Below, one piece after another: positions 30,053 through 39,472 of a DNA stretch of 64,000 bases. The notes beneath the pieces are model-generated. The model was given only the letters and a program-made list of their open reading frames with translations, made no database searches and was not told where the DNA came from. A program made the position numbers and the translations under genes. The number at the start of each line of letters is the position of its first letter. Position 1 is the first letter of the stretch. Origin of the DNA: a virus; the IMG/VR virus record IMGVR_UViG_3300030107_008258, positions 64,001 through 128,000 of that record; one strand, written 5' to 3'.

Positions 30053-31570
30053 TTATTTACTAAAATCGAATTGATCCATAGCAAAAGCTTTGCTATACTT
30101 TTCGAAAACCGTAGGTTCTTCAGCAGGAGAAGATGTCGGAATATTTTCCGTTTCACTTTTAGCGTTATCTACTGCATGCTCAACAACCTCCTTAACTGCA
30201 GAAGCGGAAGCTTCTGCGGGTGCTTCTTCAGCTGGTGTCTCAGCTGGTGCTTCAGCAGGAGCCTCAGCCGGAGCTGCTTCTTCTGCTGGCGCTTCCTCAT
30301 CCTCATCAGAGTTAGCTTTTGAGGATAAAAGAACTGAAAGCGTTTTATCCAATTCAGTGAAAGCCTCTTCGTCAAGGTCTCGAATCTGAGAGGCGATAAC
30401 CTTGCGGTCTTCGTCTGTCAATTTAAAACGCTCATCGTAAGATGCCATTCTCTGATTGAATGCTTCCAATTTTTCAGCTTCGGCTTTTTCAGCCTCAAGC
30501 TTTTCTAATTGAGCCTTAATATCTTCCAACTGCGTCTTCAAGGAATCGTGTTCCTTGGAGAGCGTCTCGTGCTGTTCACGAGCGTCTTTCAAGGACTCCT
30601 CTTTTTCAGCTTGCTCGGAGGAATACTCCTCCGAAGCTTTCTTGAGGCTCTCCTGAATAAACTCATGAATAGCAGAAGCAGTTAGCGTTTGTAAAGACTC
30701 GTCCGTTATGTCTTTCAAGTTTTCTATTTTCATAGCTTCTACTTTCTTTGTTTTTACAGTATTATTTGTATTTTGGGAAATCGTTTCTTCCTCAAGAGAC
30801 TCTTCCGCCAAAGCTTTTTGTTCAGCAACGCCATTTTCAGTAAGGACACCTTTAACATCCGCAGCTGGATTTTCGGTCAACCCTATACCTAATGGCACTA
30901 CATTATTGATAACCTTTCTATAAACATTCGAGTTATCATCAAATTTTCCTTCTCCCCCAAAACCTTTAAGTTTATCCATATGTTTTTCTACTTCTTCGGG
31001 GTCAGTTATTTCAAGGGCGTTTTCTATATTCTTTTCCTCTCCCTCTAAAACGACTAAATTATATTCGCTAAAACCAAGTTCCCAACTTGCGCTAATACCC
31101 ATATACTCTTCACTAGTAGGGTCACTAGAGCTTTCAATTTTATCAGCTAAAGTTTCGTTTACTACTTTCCATATAACTCCACCTAGAGTTACATTGAAAG
31201 GTTCTTTTAAATTCTTAACTTCTTCTTTCTTTAATGGCTCATCACTTCCGAAACGAGAAAACCCTGCGGTTAAAATAGTGCCCACTACTGATTTTCGATT
31301 GTGTTCAATATTAATAGGTTTATTGACAAAGTTATCATACATTGCCACCGCTGTATCAGTATCCACCACGTCCCCATTTTTATTTACTCTGTTAGCTACA
31401 AAAGCATTAAAGGCTACGGGGAGAAGGTCTACGTTTTTTTCTACATCAACGTCAGGAAGAAACTTTTCCAGCTCTACCATTGAAGCCAGAGCTAAATATT
31501 TATCCTTTTCTTCGGAAACTACCGGTTTGATAACCGAACTAAAAGTAGTAGTATATTTAGGTTTTTTCAT
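30053..31570 (-). CDS. Prohead protease - scaffold fusion
   Basis: N-terminal protease-like motifs (NKNGD, KPINIEH, ISASWE, GIGLTENPAA) followed by an acidic coiled-coil scaffold with a PAEA linker. Confidence 0.8.
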   Translation of the reverse strand: MKKPKYTTTFSSVIKPVVSEEKDKYLALASMVELEKFLPDVDVEKNVDLLPVAFNAFVANRVNKNGDVVDTDTAVAMYDNFVNKPINIEHNRKSVVGTILTAGFSRFGSDEPLKKEEVKNLKEPFNVTLGGVIWKVVNETLADKIESSSDPTSEEYMGISASWELGFSEYNLVVLEGEEKNIENALEITDPEEVEKHMDKLKGFGGEGKFDDNSNVYRKVINNVVPLGIGLTENPAADVKGVLTENGVAEQKALAEESLEEETISQNTNNTVKTKKVEAMKIENLKDITDESLQTLTASAIHEFIQESLKKASEEYSSEQAEKEESLKDAREQHETLSKEHDSLKTQLEDIKAQLEKLEAEKAEAEKLEAFNQRMASYDERFKLTDEDRKVIASQIRDLDEEAFTELDKTLSVLLSSKANSDEDEEAPAEEAAPAEAPAEAPAETPAEEAPAEASASAVKEVVEHAVDNAKSETENIPTSSPAEEPTVFEKYSKAFAMDQFDFSK

Positions 31571-31571
31571 A

Positions 31572-32060
31572 TTAAAATTCTCTTTCTAACCTATAGTTTA
31601 TAATGTTTTGAATTGACTCTTTACGTGTTTCTATATAAAGATCATTAACACTTTCAAAGTTAAATTCTAAATTAAGCTCTTTAAGCTCTTCTTTTGCTTG
31701 TGTAACATATGAATCCATAGTGGACACATTAAAATCTTTTCCTTCCGCTACGCTTAAAAAACGATTAACGTTAGCCATACACCATGTAGGAAGATTATAG
31801 GTAGAGTTGGGCACGTAGGATTCTTCTGCGCTTTTATAAGTCTCTATTAGTGAATCGACTCGTAACTTTGCAGGACTCTTTTTTACCTTTGATTTAAAAC
31901 ACTTTATTAAATCAGAAGAAAAAACAATATATTCATCAATCTCAACTTCTTTACTTATAGAAGGCGAAGACTTACCATAGACATCAATCATTTTAACATT
32001 TTCCCCTTTTGGAAAGGCGTCGCCCGTAATGTCAAAATCTAGTCTGTCTAAATTACCCAT
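31572..32060 (-). CDS. Hypothetical head-operon protein
   Basis: 162 aa, first gene after a GTGTA element, 1 nt from the protease gene. Contains the motif WCMANVNRFL. Confidence 0.65.
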   Translation of the reverse strand: MGNLDRLDFDITGDAFPKGENVKMIDVYGKSSPSISKEVEIDEYIVFSSDLIKCFKSKVKKSPAKLRVDSLIETYKSAEESYVPNSTYNLPTWCMANVNRFLSVAEGKDFNVSTMDSYVTQAKEELKELNLEFNFESVNDLYIETRKESIQNIINYRLEREF

Positions 32061-32075
32061 TGTTACTATATATTC

Positions 32076-32080
32076 TACAC
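32076..32080 (-). promoter_or_regulatory. GTGTA late-promoter element (capsid operon)
   Basis: TGTGTAGAATATATAGTAACA-ATG, just downstream of the terminator at 32099-32135. Confidence 0.7.
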
Positions 32081-32098
32081 ATTCTTTTACAAAAATGG

Positions 32099-32135
32099 AA
32101 AAAAAGAAAGCCCTAGACCCCCGGCCTAGAGCTTC
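32099..32135 (-). terminator. Rho-independent terminator after lysis-like cassette
   Basis: Minus-strand RNA reads GAAGCUCUAGG...UCUAGGGCUUUCUUUUUUU. Confidence 0.75.
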
Positions 32136-32158
32136 CTCACAAAGGAATTGTATTTAAA

Positions 32159-32464
32159 TTACTTCTTCCCGATAGTAACCTTTTTGTCTCCCCTACCTAA
32201 AGACACACCGGGAAATTCCCAATCGAACTTAAAATAAGGAAGCTTGAAGGTGACGCCGCTTTTGCTGCATTTGAAATCGAAAGATGCGGAAACATCTTTA
32301 CCAGCACAAGCAGTTGGTAACGGGGCTTTTACCCCTAGAAAAGGAATGGTGAAATGGGGATCAGGCTTAACGCCTGCGCCAAACCACTTTTCCTTTTTAC
32401 CCTCAGCTGCTGAGAGACTAGTAGTCAATCCCAGCAGTATTATTAATGCGATAATGTTTTTCAT
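32159..32464 (-). CDS. Secreted small beta-rich protein
   Basis: Sec signal peptide MKNIIALIILLGLTTSLSA, with two Cys in the mature part. Confidence 0.65.
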   Translation of the reverse strand: MKNIIALIILLGLTTSLSAAEGKKEKWFGAGVKPDPHFTIPFLGVKAPLPTACAGKDVSASFDFKCSKSGVTFKLPYFKFDWEFPGVSLGRGDKKVTIGKK

Positions 32465-32468
32465 ATTA

Positions 32469-32705
32469 TTATTCGTTATCTATGTTATTCAACTCAATCC
32501 TTGCGGCTTGATCTGAAATTGTTTTTAAAGCGTCGCGAGTAAATTCAGGGACATGTTCCCAAGCTTGTTCAATTTGCGGATGGGTCATCATCCTTTGAAC
32601 TATGTTTTGGGGAACCTCAGGAATAGAAGTGACTTCAGCTTTCGTCGTTTTGCACCCGCTCACGAGAACGAGACTTAGCAGCGTTAAAAGCGCGGTCAAT
32701 TTCAT
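32469..32705 (-). CDS. Outer-membrane lipoprotein, o-spanin (Rz1)-like
   Basis: Lipobox MKLTALLTLLSLVLVSG|C (probable start 32705). It overlaps the 3' end of the upstream ORF in another frame. Confidence 0.6.
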   Translation of the reverse strand: MKLTALLTLLSLVLVSGCKTTKAEVTSIPEVPQNIVQRMMTHPQIEQAWEHVPEFTRDALKTISDQAARIELNNIDNE

Positions 32706-32850
32706 CTTGAGTATGCGTCCAATCATCTTTTACTTGCTTTTTCTCCTCTTTCTTAATTCTCGCTATTTTCTCCTCCTCCGTCAATGTTTTTTTATCTAAA
32801 ACACTAAAAAAGGATTTAAGTATAGATAGAATAGAGGATAGCCAACTCAT
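32635..32850 (-). CDS. i-spanin (Rz)-like protein
   Basis: Amphipathic/hydrophobic N-terminus followed by a charged coiled-coil. It lies between the holin-like gene and the overlapping lipoprotein. Confidence 0.45.
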   Translation of the reverse strand: MSWLSSILSILKSFFSVLDKKTLTEEEKIARIKKEEKKQVKDDWTHTQDEIDRAFNAAKSRSRERVQNDES

Positions 32851-33044
32851 TACTCAGCAGGCTTATCCGTTGTTTTAGCGGCCTCCGAAGTAACTCCTTT
32901 ACGAAGGAATACTACCATAAGGGCCGCAAAACAGCTTTGAATAGTAACTGTGAGATCTACCTCTCCAGCGAAATATGCGCCGAGAGCCGTTAAAACCGCT
33001 GCACCAGCGGTAAAATAGGTTTTTTTGCCTGAAAGTGCTTTCAT
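32850..33044 (-). CDS. Holin-like membrane protein
   Basis: 64 aa with a GKKTY start, two hydrophobic segments and a charged tail (FLRKGV). A GTGTA element lies upstream. Confidence 0.6.
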   Translation of the reverse strand: MKALSGKKTYFTAGAAVLTALGAYFAGEVDLTVTIQSCFAALMVVFLRKGVTSEAAKTTDKPAE

Positions 33045-33069
33045 ATCAGATTATCTTACACATTGGAAA

Positions 33070-33576
33070 TTAAGTCATCCACTTTTTTTTGATCTTCTCA
33101 ATATACTCATAACTATCAGAAATAGCTTCTACATAGTCTTTTCCTTTATACTGAACAAAAGAATCCATTGTATATTTTAAAATTTTATGGACTTGAGGGG
33201 CTGACATTTGAGCCGCCATATCATCTGAGAAAAAAGAGGCTAATGTGAAAAAATACTGAGCGTTTTCCTCTGTATGCTTTCGCGGCACTTTAGTCTTTAT
33301 TCGTTTAGCCATCATAATCTGAGGATAAAAAACTCCTAGAAAATCAGAAATATAATTTTTATATTTTTGATCTATAGTTTTAGCCTCTTTATTCACTAAT
33401 AATTTAATAAAAAGGGGAAAGGACAATTCAATCAGCTCTTTTCGAGTGAGTCTTTTAGTGCCGAGTTGCTCTAAAACTAAATCACCATCTCCTTTTTCCT
33501 CGAAAAGAAGATGGGTTCTTTCCTTACTCAATTTTGTTTTCTTGCTCAGAAAACTAATGTCGCTGACCGTCAGCAT
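33070..33576 (-). CDS. Hypothetical protein (probable start ATG 33576, MLTVSD...)
   Basis: The ORF-track TTG start lies in a GC-rich structured leader. ATG 33576 has a GGGUGAG SD 10 nt upstream. Confidence 0.6.
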   Translation of the reverse strand: MLTVSDISFLSKKTKLSKERTHLLFEEKGDGDLVLEQLGTKRLTRKELIELSFPLFIKLLVNKEAKTIDQKYKNYISDFLGVFYPQIMMAKRIKTKVPRKHTEENAQYFFTLASFFSDDMAAQMSAPQVHKILKYTMDSFVQYKGKDYVEAISDSYEYIEKIKKKWMT

Positions 33577-33713
33577 AATAAAGTGGCTCACCCTTTTGTT
33601 TTTTTTGCTACCGTCGCCGCCAACTGGGTGAGGCTCTACTCGCTCGCAATGAGCCAAGTAGCAATAGGTTGCGTCAGCTTTGATTTAAGGTAGCTCAAGT
33701 TGCAACTACTACT
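33577..33713 (-). ncRNA. Candidate structured cis-regulatory 5' leader (riboswitch-like pseudoknot)
   Basis: Complementary segments UUGCUACU/GGUAGCAA, GGCUC/GAGCC, GUUG/CGAC and UCACCC/GGGUGA (the last covers the SD), with an A-rich linker. It follows a GTGTA element at 33721-33725. Confidence 0.5.
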
Positions 33714-33731
33714 TTTAAATTACACTATTGT

Positions 33732-33760
33732 TTGACATATTTCTAAATTACCGCTAAAAT
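33732..33760 (+). promoter_or_regulatory. Sigma-70-type promoter for glycosyltransferase
   Basis: TTGACA (33732-33737), 17-nt spacer, TAAAAT (33755-33760). The ATG is 8 nt downstream. Confidence 0.8.
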
Positions 33761-33768
33761 AATTACGC

Positions 33769-34422
33769 ATGAAGAATATTGTTTTTGCGATTCCGGGTAG
33801 GGAGTTTTCAGGAAATTTTTTACAGTGTTGGACTGACACGGTTTTAAAATGTATGAAGAACGGAATCAACCCATTGCTTTCTAATAGGTTTTCTTCAATG
33901 GTAAGTTATGCACGATGCCTGTGTCTTGGTGCTGATGTAAGACGAGGTATTCATCAGGCGCCATTTGATGGCAAAATCGATTACGAATATATAATGTGGA
34001 TTGACTCGGATATAGTTTTTAGCTTCGATCAAATTCAAAAATTAATTTCCTACGATAAAGATATTGTATCAGGCATTTACAAAACCGAGAACGGGCAAAG
34101 CTTCGCCTGTGTCAAAGACTGGGATCAAGATTTTTACAGAAAGCATGGGTCATTTTATTTTCTGCAGCAAGAGGACGTAGTAAATCATCGCGGCCTTATG
34201 GAAGTCGATTATAATGGCATGGGTTTTATGTTAATTAAAAAAGGAGTATTTGAAAAAGTTGAGTACCCATGGTTTTGCCAACTTAAAAAACAAATTGGTG
34301 ACCTAGAAGATTACTGCTCCGAAGATGTTGCCTTTTGTCACCTTGCAAAAAAAGCTGGATTTAAAATTTTTATTGATCCACAAATTGTTGTGGGTCACGA
34401 GAAAATGAGGATACTAACTTGA
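33769..34422 (+). CDS. Glycosyltransferase, GT-A fold (GT2-like)
   Basis: YIMWIDSD (DxD), GMGFMLIKKGVFE, PWF, SEDVAFC and VGHEK motifs. Confidence 0.85.
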   Translation: MKNIVFAIPGREFSGNFLQCWTDTVLKCMKNGINPLLSNRFSSMVSYARCLCLGADVRRGIHQAPFDGKIDYEYIMWIDSDIVFSFDQIQKLISYDKDIVSGIYKTENGQSFACVKDWDQDFYRKHGSFYFLQQEDVVNHRGLMEVDYNGMGFMLIKKGVFEKVEYPWFCQLKKQIGDLEDYCSEDVAFCHLAKKAGFKIFIDPQIVVGHEKMRILT

Positions 34423-34785
34423 TTTAGGGTACGTAGCTTTTACGCCACTACAGCTCTGAAACCATTGAGAGCTCTTAGCGCTTTCGCCGAAAACTCCTGA
34501 CTGTATATCCCAATAAAGCATATCTAATTGATCCGAAACTGGGGCATACCCTGACACCGCTTCAACTCGTTGATTTCTATACTGCGCGGCTTCTATTTCT
34601 GCTTCTATAATATCCCACGTAGACTCAAACTCTTCCTTTGATTTTAAGGGCGCGTTTCCCGTAGGCCAATTGGCAGCTAGGTCTTCGTATGTATTGTCAC
34701 TAGTTGAACAAGGACCCCACCATGTTTTAGGTCCGACATAATATCCCAATCTTCTTAGGACAAGTGGTAAATGCATTTTTCCCAT
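34414..34785 (-). CDS. Fibre-associated chaperone-like protein
   Basis: Y...R....Y....DQLDMLYWD...W......VK..YPK motif, seen after fibre genes in aquatic phages. Confidence 0.65.
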   Translation of the reverse strand: MGKMHLPLVLRRLGYYVGPKTWWGPCSTSDNTYEDLAANWPTGNAPLKSKEEFESTWDIIEAEIEAAQYRNQRVEAVSGYAPVSDQLDMLYWDIQSGVFGESAKSSQWFQSCSGVKATYPKSS

Positions 34786-34804
34786 AATTATTTATATCTG
34801 TTTA

Positions 34805-37800
34805 TCAAGCTACTCTCCAAATTTGTACACTAACATAAGTGTCGTAATCGTAATCTATTCCTGCAGTAGGAGATTGAGTACCACCTTCTAAAGGTCTTCC
34901 TCCTCCATAAGTGTTTGTCTCGGCAGTGTTCGCCCAGTGGTAAGCTATTACCTCGTGACCGTTCGTGGTAATAGCGAAAGTACCTTCGGACATAGCCACT
35001 GCTGGATTCGAAGGTGAAGTACCTTTAGTGCTCATAGGGGCTGTCAGCAATAAAGTATTACCGGTAGTTACGTTGGCTAAATTAATTTGTTGTTCATCTA
35101 TATCGTAAGCTACAGCCCAAACTCTAGCGTAATAAGTTCCCGCTTGGAGACTGATCTTATTACTACTTAAGGAAGCCCAAGCACTACCGGTGGTATAATT
35201 GTTTACAACAGTAGTATTTAAAATTCTAGTGTTCCATTGTCCCCCAGAAAGAGCCCCTCCTGAACTTCCGTCATCATAACGTTGAGCAAATAATGCGTAG
35301 TCACCATAATTTAAGAGACCTCCTGCCCATTCAGCTGTTCCCGCGCTTGCATACGCTAAGAATTTAAGGTCGGCGCCATCTGCTGGTATATGTTTATAGC
35401 CGTTTGCAGTGCTGTGCGTTATTGTTCCGCTAGTGGTTATAGTGCCGCCGGTTATAGCGCCAGAAGTTGCCACTGAAGTAACTGTACCACTTCCTCCGCT
35501 TACTGTAGCCCATGTATTATCTCCTCTTAAATAGGTAGAAGAACTAGCTGTCCCCGAACCTAATCGAGCAGTGGGAACTGTCCCCGAGCCTAAATTACTT
35601 GCATTTAAACTGGTTAAGCTCGCGCCGCTTCCACTAAATGTCGTAGCAGTGGCCGTGCCGGTAATAGTGACCCCTCCAGTATTAGATATTGACAACACGT
35701 TTGTGCCGCCACTGATTGCCGTGGCTCTTGCACCCAAATAATTAATGTTAAATGAATTTGGATTAGCGTCAGCAAATATGCCCCAAGTTTTATCCGCACT
35801 GCCAGAACTTGCGTGGATCTGTAGCCCGCCCTCACGAGTTGTTCCGTCAATTGTCGTTGGGCCAAAATTGGCATAAACTGTAGCACTAGCCGTATTGTCA
35901 ATTACGGATAACGGATTGGTGGGGTCATTTGTTCCTATACCAACTAACTTACTGTTAGTGATTGACATTGAAGGGACGCTAGAACTTCCTGTAAAAAATT
36001 CTAAAGTATTCTCACCTGTCGCTCCGTCATTACCAATCTCGGCCCAGTTATTATTAGAATCATTAGCGATTTTATAACGAAGGTTTGTGGCACCACGTAA
36101 CGTCATGTTACCTTTTACTTCGAGTAACTCTGACGGTGCATTTGTTCCTATGCCAACATTACCGTCACCCTGAATGGTCATCTGATCTGTGCCCTGCAGA
36201 TCAAAATGCAGGGTAGCATTCGTATACAATCTACTTATATAAGCGTGTTCAGCATTTTCGGAATCATACTTAATTTCCAATGCGCTGTTACTTGCCTTCC
36301 CTCTTCCTAATTTTAGAGCCGCTACATAATTGTTCCCACTTGGAGAAGTTCCGCTATAAAAATCAACTTGTTTTTGAGAGGCAAAATATATATTAAGGGC
36401 AGACCCCGGACCAGTTGTTCCTATACCAACATTACCGTCGCCAATAATCCGCATTGATTCCCCCGTATCGCCAGTAACAATTGCCAACTCTGAATCATCG
36501 GCTCCGCTATCGATACTAACAATACGGCACCCACCTACACTTGATGACCTATTACGTAAAAGAAGTTGCGAAAACGATCCAGCCGTTGTGGATTCGTTGT
36601 TAATCATTAAGGTTGAACCCTCATCTCGTTGATGACTCGCTTGACTTGCGTCATAAACGGTATTATCGGAGTTGCTTACCATTAACTTACCGCCATTAGT
36701 AGTTGCGGACCCTATAAGAACTTGGCCTCCGTCTACGAATTTTACATGTTGAGTTATACCAGTTTCTACAAATTTAAGTCCGCCGTCATAGGCCATGTAC
36801 CATTCCTGCCCACCTGTATCATGAAAGTATAGAAGATTACTAGTAGTTGCGTTTGCTCCTCCTATTATCACGTCGTCATCAAAAGCTGTAGTGCTTCCCG
36901 AATACGACGTAATAGAATTTACTGTAAGATTCCCAGTAACGCTAGTAGTAGGGGCATCCAGAACTACCTGCGAACCACTATGGCCATTCTTAATAGTTAG
37001 ATGTGTATTTCCGCTGGACCCATATCCCATCCATCCTTTTTCAGCTCCCGCTGAATCGAGAAAACTAACATACCCCACCTGAGAAGCGCCAGTGTGGTCG
37101 GTGTCCTTCATTATTAGTATAGGGGAACCAGTATTTATTTGAACTTGGGTAGCATATGCTGTGGTACAAGCCATAGTCCCTGCGAATGTGGCGTTTTGTG
37201 ATGCATTTATAGTCAAGGCGGCTGTGCCGCCGTTAGTGCGGAGAATCCATTGGTTTCCCGCGCCATAAACGGTTTGGTAAACGTCATTAGCCCCATCTAA
37301 TTCTGTGCGGAATATGTTTGTTCCACCTTGGGATAGATCAATTGCAGGATTGGTGCCAGAGACCTCTAATTGAACTGTAGGATCAGTTGTTCCTATGCCG
37401 ACATAGCCATTGTTCAACATTGATACTTTGTGCGTAGCGCCGTAACCGAAACGTAATGCGGTTGAATCATCAGCTAATATATGATAATAATCTCCCCCAG
37501 ATATATCTCCATTAACTCCATCCAACCAAATGACTGCGCCATTAGACCACTCTCCCAAAGAAACTGAGCTACTTCCTTCCCATACCATTAGCTGCTGCGT
37601 TGGATCATTTGTTCCTATACCAACCTCGCCATCGGAATTAATAGTTAACTTAGCATCGCTATTCTCTACGTTGTCGTCATTGGCTGTGTTTTCAGTAGCG
37701 AAAATCAGCGAACCTCGTCCGTAATTCGCAGTACGCTTAAAAAAGATTCCCCCTTTATTAGCGTTATCATTTCCCGCAAAACCAAATCTTATTGCAGCGG

Positions 37801-39472
37801 AGTCACCATCCGTGTTGTGGGTGTTCTGTATGTATAACGCTTTATTATCACCAGTTGCAGAGTCGTCAATGTGCAGCTTTGCAACGGGAGAATTAATCCC
37901 TATACCGACTTTGCCTCCTGTATCTATGTTTAAATTTGTAGAAGCAAAAGAATTACTGAAGCCAAGTGACATTATATCAGCAGAAGCATCTAGACCTACA
38001 TAGACAGCATCCGTATCATCTTTGATAGATATTAAAGCATCATTATCTGAAGATTGAAAACGTGCTATCTCGTTAGTAGTTCCCGAGTTAACAGTCAATG
38101 TATAGTCGGGGCTATCTGTTCCTATACCAACTTTACCACCTTTCGGGTTTAGTATTATAGCCTGTGCTACGGGAGAGGTAGAATTTTGCGCTTGAAACCA
38201 AAAATTATTAGTCGCACTATCAATATCAATACTTAATCCAATATGTCCGTCTGCTCGACGCAAATTAAAAAGGCTTCCGTAAGTACCTAAATTGGGAATG
38301 GCTGCCGATCCCCCACGTACCTCTAATTTAGCTCCCGGAGCTGTTGTTCCTATTCCAACATTGCCTCCCTCTTCTATAAAAACTTTTACTGATGAGGTAC
38401 TTGCGTCATAAAAACTAAAACCGCCGGGAGCACCATTATAATGGCCTACATACCATTTACCTGTGCCAGCGTTTTCATACACGATTCCCGCACTGTAAGT
38501 ATCCGAAGACGTAATAGAAACCCAGTTATTTGCGCTGCCTCCATCAAATCTAGCCAGTGTAGTGGAGGTTGCGGAAACATGAAGTTTGTAGGTAGGACTC
38601 TCTATCCCTATACCAACATTACCGTCACCCAAGATAGTCATATTAGTGCCGCCACCGTCCTTAAACTTAATTGGTAGTCCAGTGTCAGTATTGAATGAAA
38701 ACGCTCCTCCACGCATACTAATATACCCTCTTTGGGTATTAGCGGAACGCTCAATAATTATTCCGCTTGCGTCGGAGTTATCAACTTTATCTTTGACGTG
38801 CAACGGAGCAAGTGGATCAGTAATACCGTTAACACCAACATTCCCCCCGCTCTTTAATCTTAAATTTTCTACACCTGCACTAACGCCATCGTAGGTGACC
38901 AAGCGCATATGGTAACCGCTTACGCTTTGAATATAACAGTCACCGTTACTCCATGTTATTGTTCCACTGCTTCCCGGTAACCATATATTACCGTTTACTG
39001 TTAATGTCTGATATTTACCGCTTGTATTAACAGATAAATAATCATCAAATCTACCGTTGCCGTTAACATGAAATAACTCTGCTGGATCAGTTGTGCCTAT
39101 TCCAACTTTGCCGTCAGCAGCTATACGCATTCGTTCACTACTACCAGTTTTAATAATGAGCGCTCTACTGGTTCCCCCGTCAGCTGCATCACAGACATTA
39201 AACGTAACATCTGAGTTCTCTGATGACGTAATGTCCAATCTAGTATCTCCTGTAGTATTGCCTACGGTCAAGCCTACTGAGCCAGTAGCAGATTTAAAGG
39301 TTCCGGCTAAACCATAAAGAGCCCCATTATTTCTAATATTAAGAACGGTTGAATCAGAATTATTTTTTAAGTCCAGTAATATATTATCGACAATATCATT
39401 ACCGCCTTTTGCAGTCAGAGCTACCGCAGACCCTGCTGCCGAAGTTACAGTTGTGTTTACTAGTGATGCCAT
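34805..39472 (-). CDS. Long fibre protein (1555 aa) with GNVGIGT repeat modules
   Basis: About 11 G.VGIG modules. It also has a LNASNLGSGTVPTARLGSGTASSSTYLRGD.TW fibre motif and a C-terminal beta-sandwich tip. Confidence 0.85.
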   Translation of the reverse strand: MASLVNTTVTSAAGSAVALTAKGGNDIVDNILLDLKNNSDSTVLNIRNNGALYGLAGTFKSATGSVGLTVGNTTGDTRLDITSSENSDVTFNVCDAADGGTSRALIIKTGSSERMRIAADGKVGIGTTDPAELFHVNGNGRFDDYLSVNTSGKYQTLTVNGNIWLPGSSGTITWSNGDCYIQSVSGYHMRLVTYDGVSAGVENLRLKSGGNVGVNGITDPLAPLHVKDKVDNSDASGIIIERSANTQRGYISMRGGAFSFNTDTGLPIKFKDGGGTNMTILGDGNVGIGIESPTYKLHVSATSTTLARFDGGSANNWVSITSSDTYSAGIVYENAGTGKWYVGHYNGAPGGFSFYDASTSSVKVFIEEGGNVGIGTTAPGAKLEVRGGSAAIPNLGTYGSLFNLRRADGHIGLSIDIDSATNNFWFQAQNSTSPVAQAIILNPKGGKVGIGTDSPDYTLTVNSGTTNEIARFQSSDNDALISIKDDTDAVYVGLDASADIMSLGFSNSFASTNLNIDTGGKVGIGINSPVAKLHIDDSATGDNKALYIQNTHNTDGDSAAIRFGFAGNDNANKGGIFFKRTANYGRGSLIFATENTANDDNVENSDAKLTINSDGEVGIGTNDPTQQLMVWEGSSSVSLGEWSNGAVIWLDGVNGDISGGDYYHILADDSTALRFGYGATHKVSMLNNGYVGIGTTDPTVQLEVSGTNPAIDLSQGGTNIFRTELDGANDVYQTVYGAGNQWILRTNGGTAALTINASQNATFAGTMACTTAYATQVQINTGSPILIMKDTDHTGASQVGYVSFLDSAGAEKGWMGYGSSGNTHLTIKNGHSGSQVVLDAPTTSVTGNLTVNSITSYSGSTTAFDDDVIIGGANATTSNLLYFHDTGGQEWYMAYDGGLKFVETGITQHVKFVDGGQVLIGSATTNGGKLMVSNSDNTVYDASQASHQRDEGSTLMINNESTTAGSFSQLLLRNRSSSVGGCRIVSIDSGADDSELAIVTGDTGESMRIIGDGNVGIGTTGPGSALNIYFASQKQVDFYSGTSPSGNNYVAALKLGRGKASNSALEIKYDSENAEHAYISRLYTNATLHFDLQGTDQMTIQGDGNVGIGTNAPSELLEVKGNMTLRGATNLRYKIANDSNNNWAEIGNDGATGENTLEFFTGSSSVPSMSITNSKLVGIGTNDPTNPLSVIDNTASATVYANFGPTTIDGTTREGGLQIHASSGSADKTWGIFADANPNSFNINYLGARATAISGGTNVLSISNTGGVTITGTATATTFSGSGASLTSLNASNLGSGTVPTARLGSGTASSSTYLRGDNTWATVSGGSGTVTSVATSGAITGGTITTSGTITHSTANGYKHIPADGADLKFLAYASAGTAEWAGGLLNYGDYALFAQRYDDGSSGGALSGGQWNTRILNTTVVNNYTTGSAWASLSSNKISLQAGTYYARVWAVAYDIDEQQINLANVTTGNTLLLTAPMSTKGTSPSNPAVAMSEGTFAITTNGHEVIAYHWANTAETNTYGGGRPLEGGTQSPTAGIDYDYDTYVSVQIWRVA

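Noticed and set aside
33668-33722. SAM-II riboswitch-like UGAUUUAA on the + strand
   Set aside because: It lies upstream of the glycosyltransferase promoter, so it is not in that transcript, and it lacks the SAM-II 3' GCUAAA element. It is better explained as an imperfect inverted repeat or the complement of the minus-strand leader.
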